64,000 bases of DNA from Blasia pusilla (Eukaryota), in contig CM114271.1 in the NCBI GenBank assembly GCA_050084515.1, positions 37,510,001 to 37,574,000 on the forward strand, read 5' to 3'. Shown piece by piece: positions 63,379 through 64,000 of this stretch. The notes under the pieces are model-generated. The model was not told the DNA's origin. It saw only the letters and a list, made by a program, of their open reading frames with translations, and made no database searches. The stretch's first letter is position 1; each line of letters opens with the position of its first letter. The translations under genes and the position numbers were made by a program.

Positions 63379-64000
63379 TTTTCAATAAGAGAGGGAGATA
63401 CAAAGTTCCATCCCTCTAGCCAAAGATAGAAACAACTAGGTATTTGTTAGGGATTCAATTTCCATCCATTTTGAAGGAGAGAGGAAGAGAGTTATCCCCA
63501 TCTTTGTCCTTAGCCTCCCATGAGGAAATAAGATAGACAATAGGAGAGAAGAGATGAGGGGACAAACGGAAAAAGAAAGGGTGTGGATGGATCCTCTTGA
63601 TTTCTCTCGAGATTCGAGGTACTAAAAAGGTTGAGACAAAGAAAAATCTTTTTGCTTGGATGGCATGCGGAATTTTGTAAGATGGAAGGATTCATGCTTT
63701 TTCAAGAGAGGTGGTACAAAATCGAAGGTATGCCTTCCAAAAAAACACCAAATAGGTCCTCTTCGCCTCGATAGGCTTGAGAGGGTTCCCCTTGCCTAAA
63801 GCATTTCACATGCACAAAATTACTAACCTTCTTCTATTGAGACAAGTTATTTCTCCTCCAAGAAGAATCATATTGTTCAAATATAGTCCTAAAGATAAAG
63901 ACCCATGTTATTTTAATGGAGAAAGTAGAGAATCAAAATGTATATGTGGAGACTTTAAGCCCTTATCCATTTTTTTGGGTTCATGTGCGTGAGCCCCATC

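Overview
Eukaryotic nuclear DNA from a land plant. A bryophyte, probably a moss, is inferred from the intron style and transposon types. GC/CpG-rich gene islands alternate with AT-rich, CpG-poor transposon debris. Six spliced genes could be assembled by hand: the 3' part of importin-9 (+), a type-I pectin methylesterase with PMEI pro-domain (+), CTNNBL1 (-, with a 1-nt frameshift in exon 1), PELP1/Rix1 (-), NAF1 (+, very long acidic N-terminus) and complex I subunit B9/NDUFA3 (+). About 30.3-50.7 kb is a nested transposon block: Gypsy remnants (one with a PHD finger), a complete but decayed Copia with both 311-bp LTRs, a decayed Helitron Rep/helicase with possible accessory genes, and a CRE-like non-LTR fragment. 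Short non-autonomous Helitrons are scattered through the window. Several GC-rich islands (4.1-5.4, 9.6-12.5, 19.9-20.9 and 28.9-30.2 kb) look transcribed but have no recognisable product. No prokaryote-type system, CRISPR array or intact structural RNA gene was found. All identifications rest on motif recognition by eye; no database search was run.
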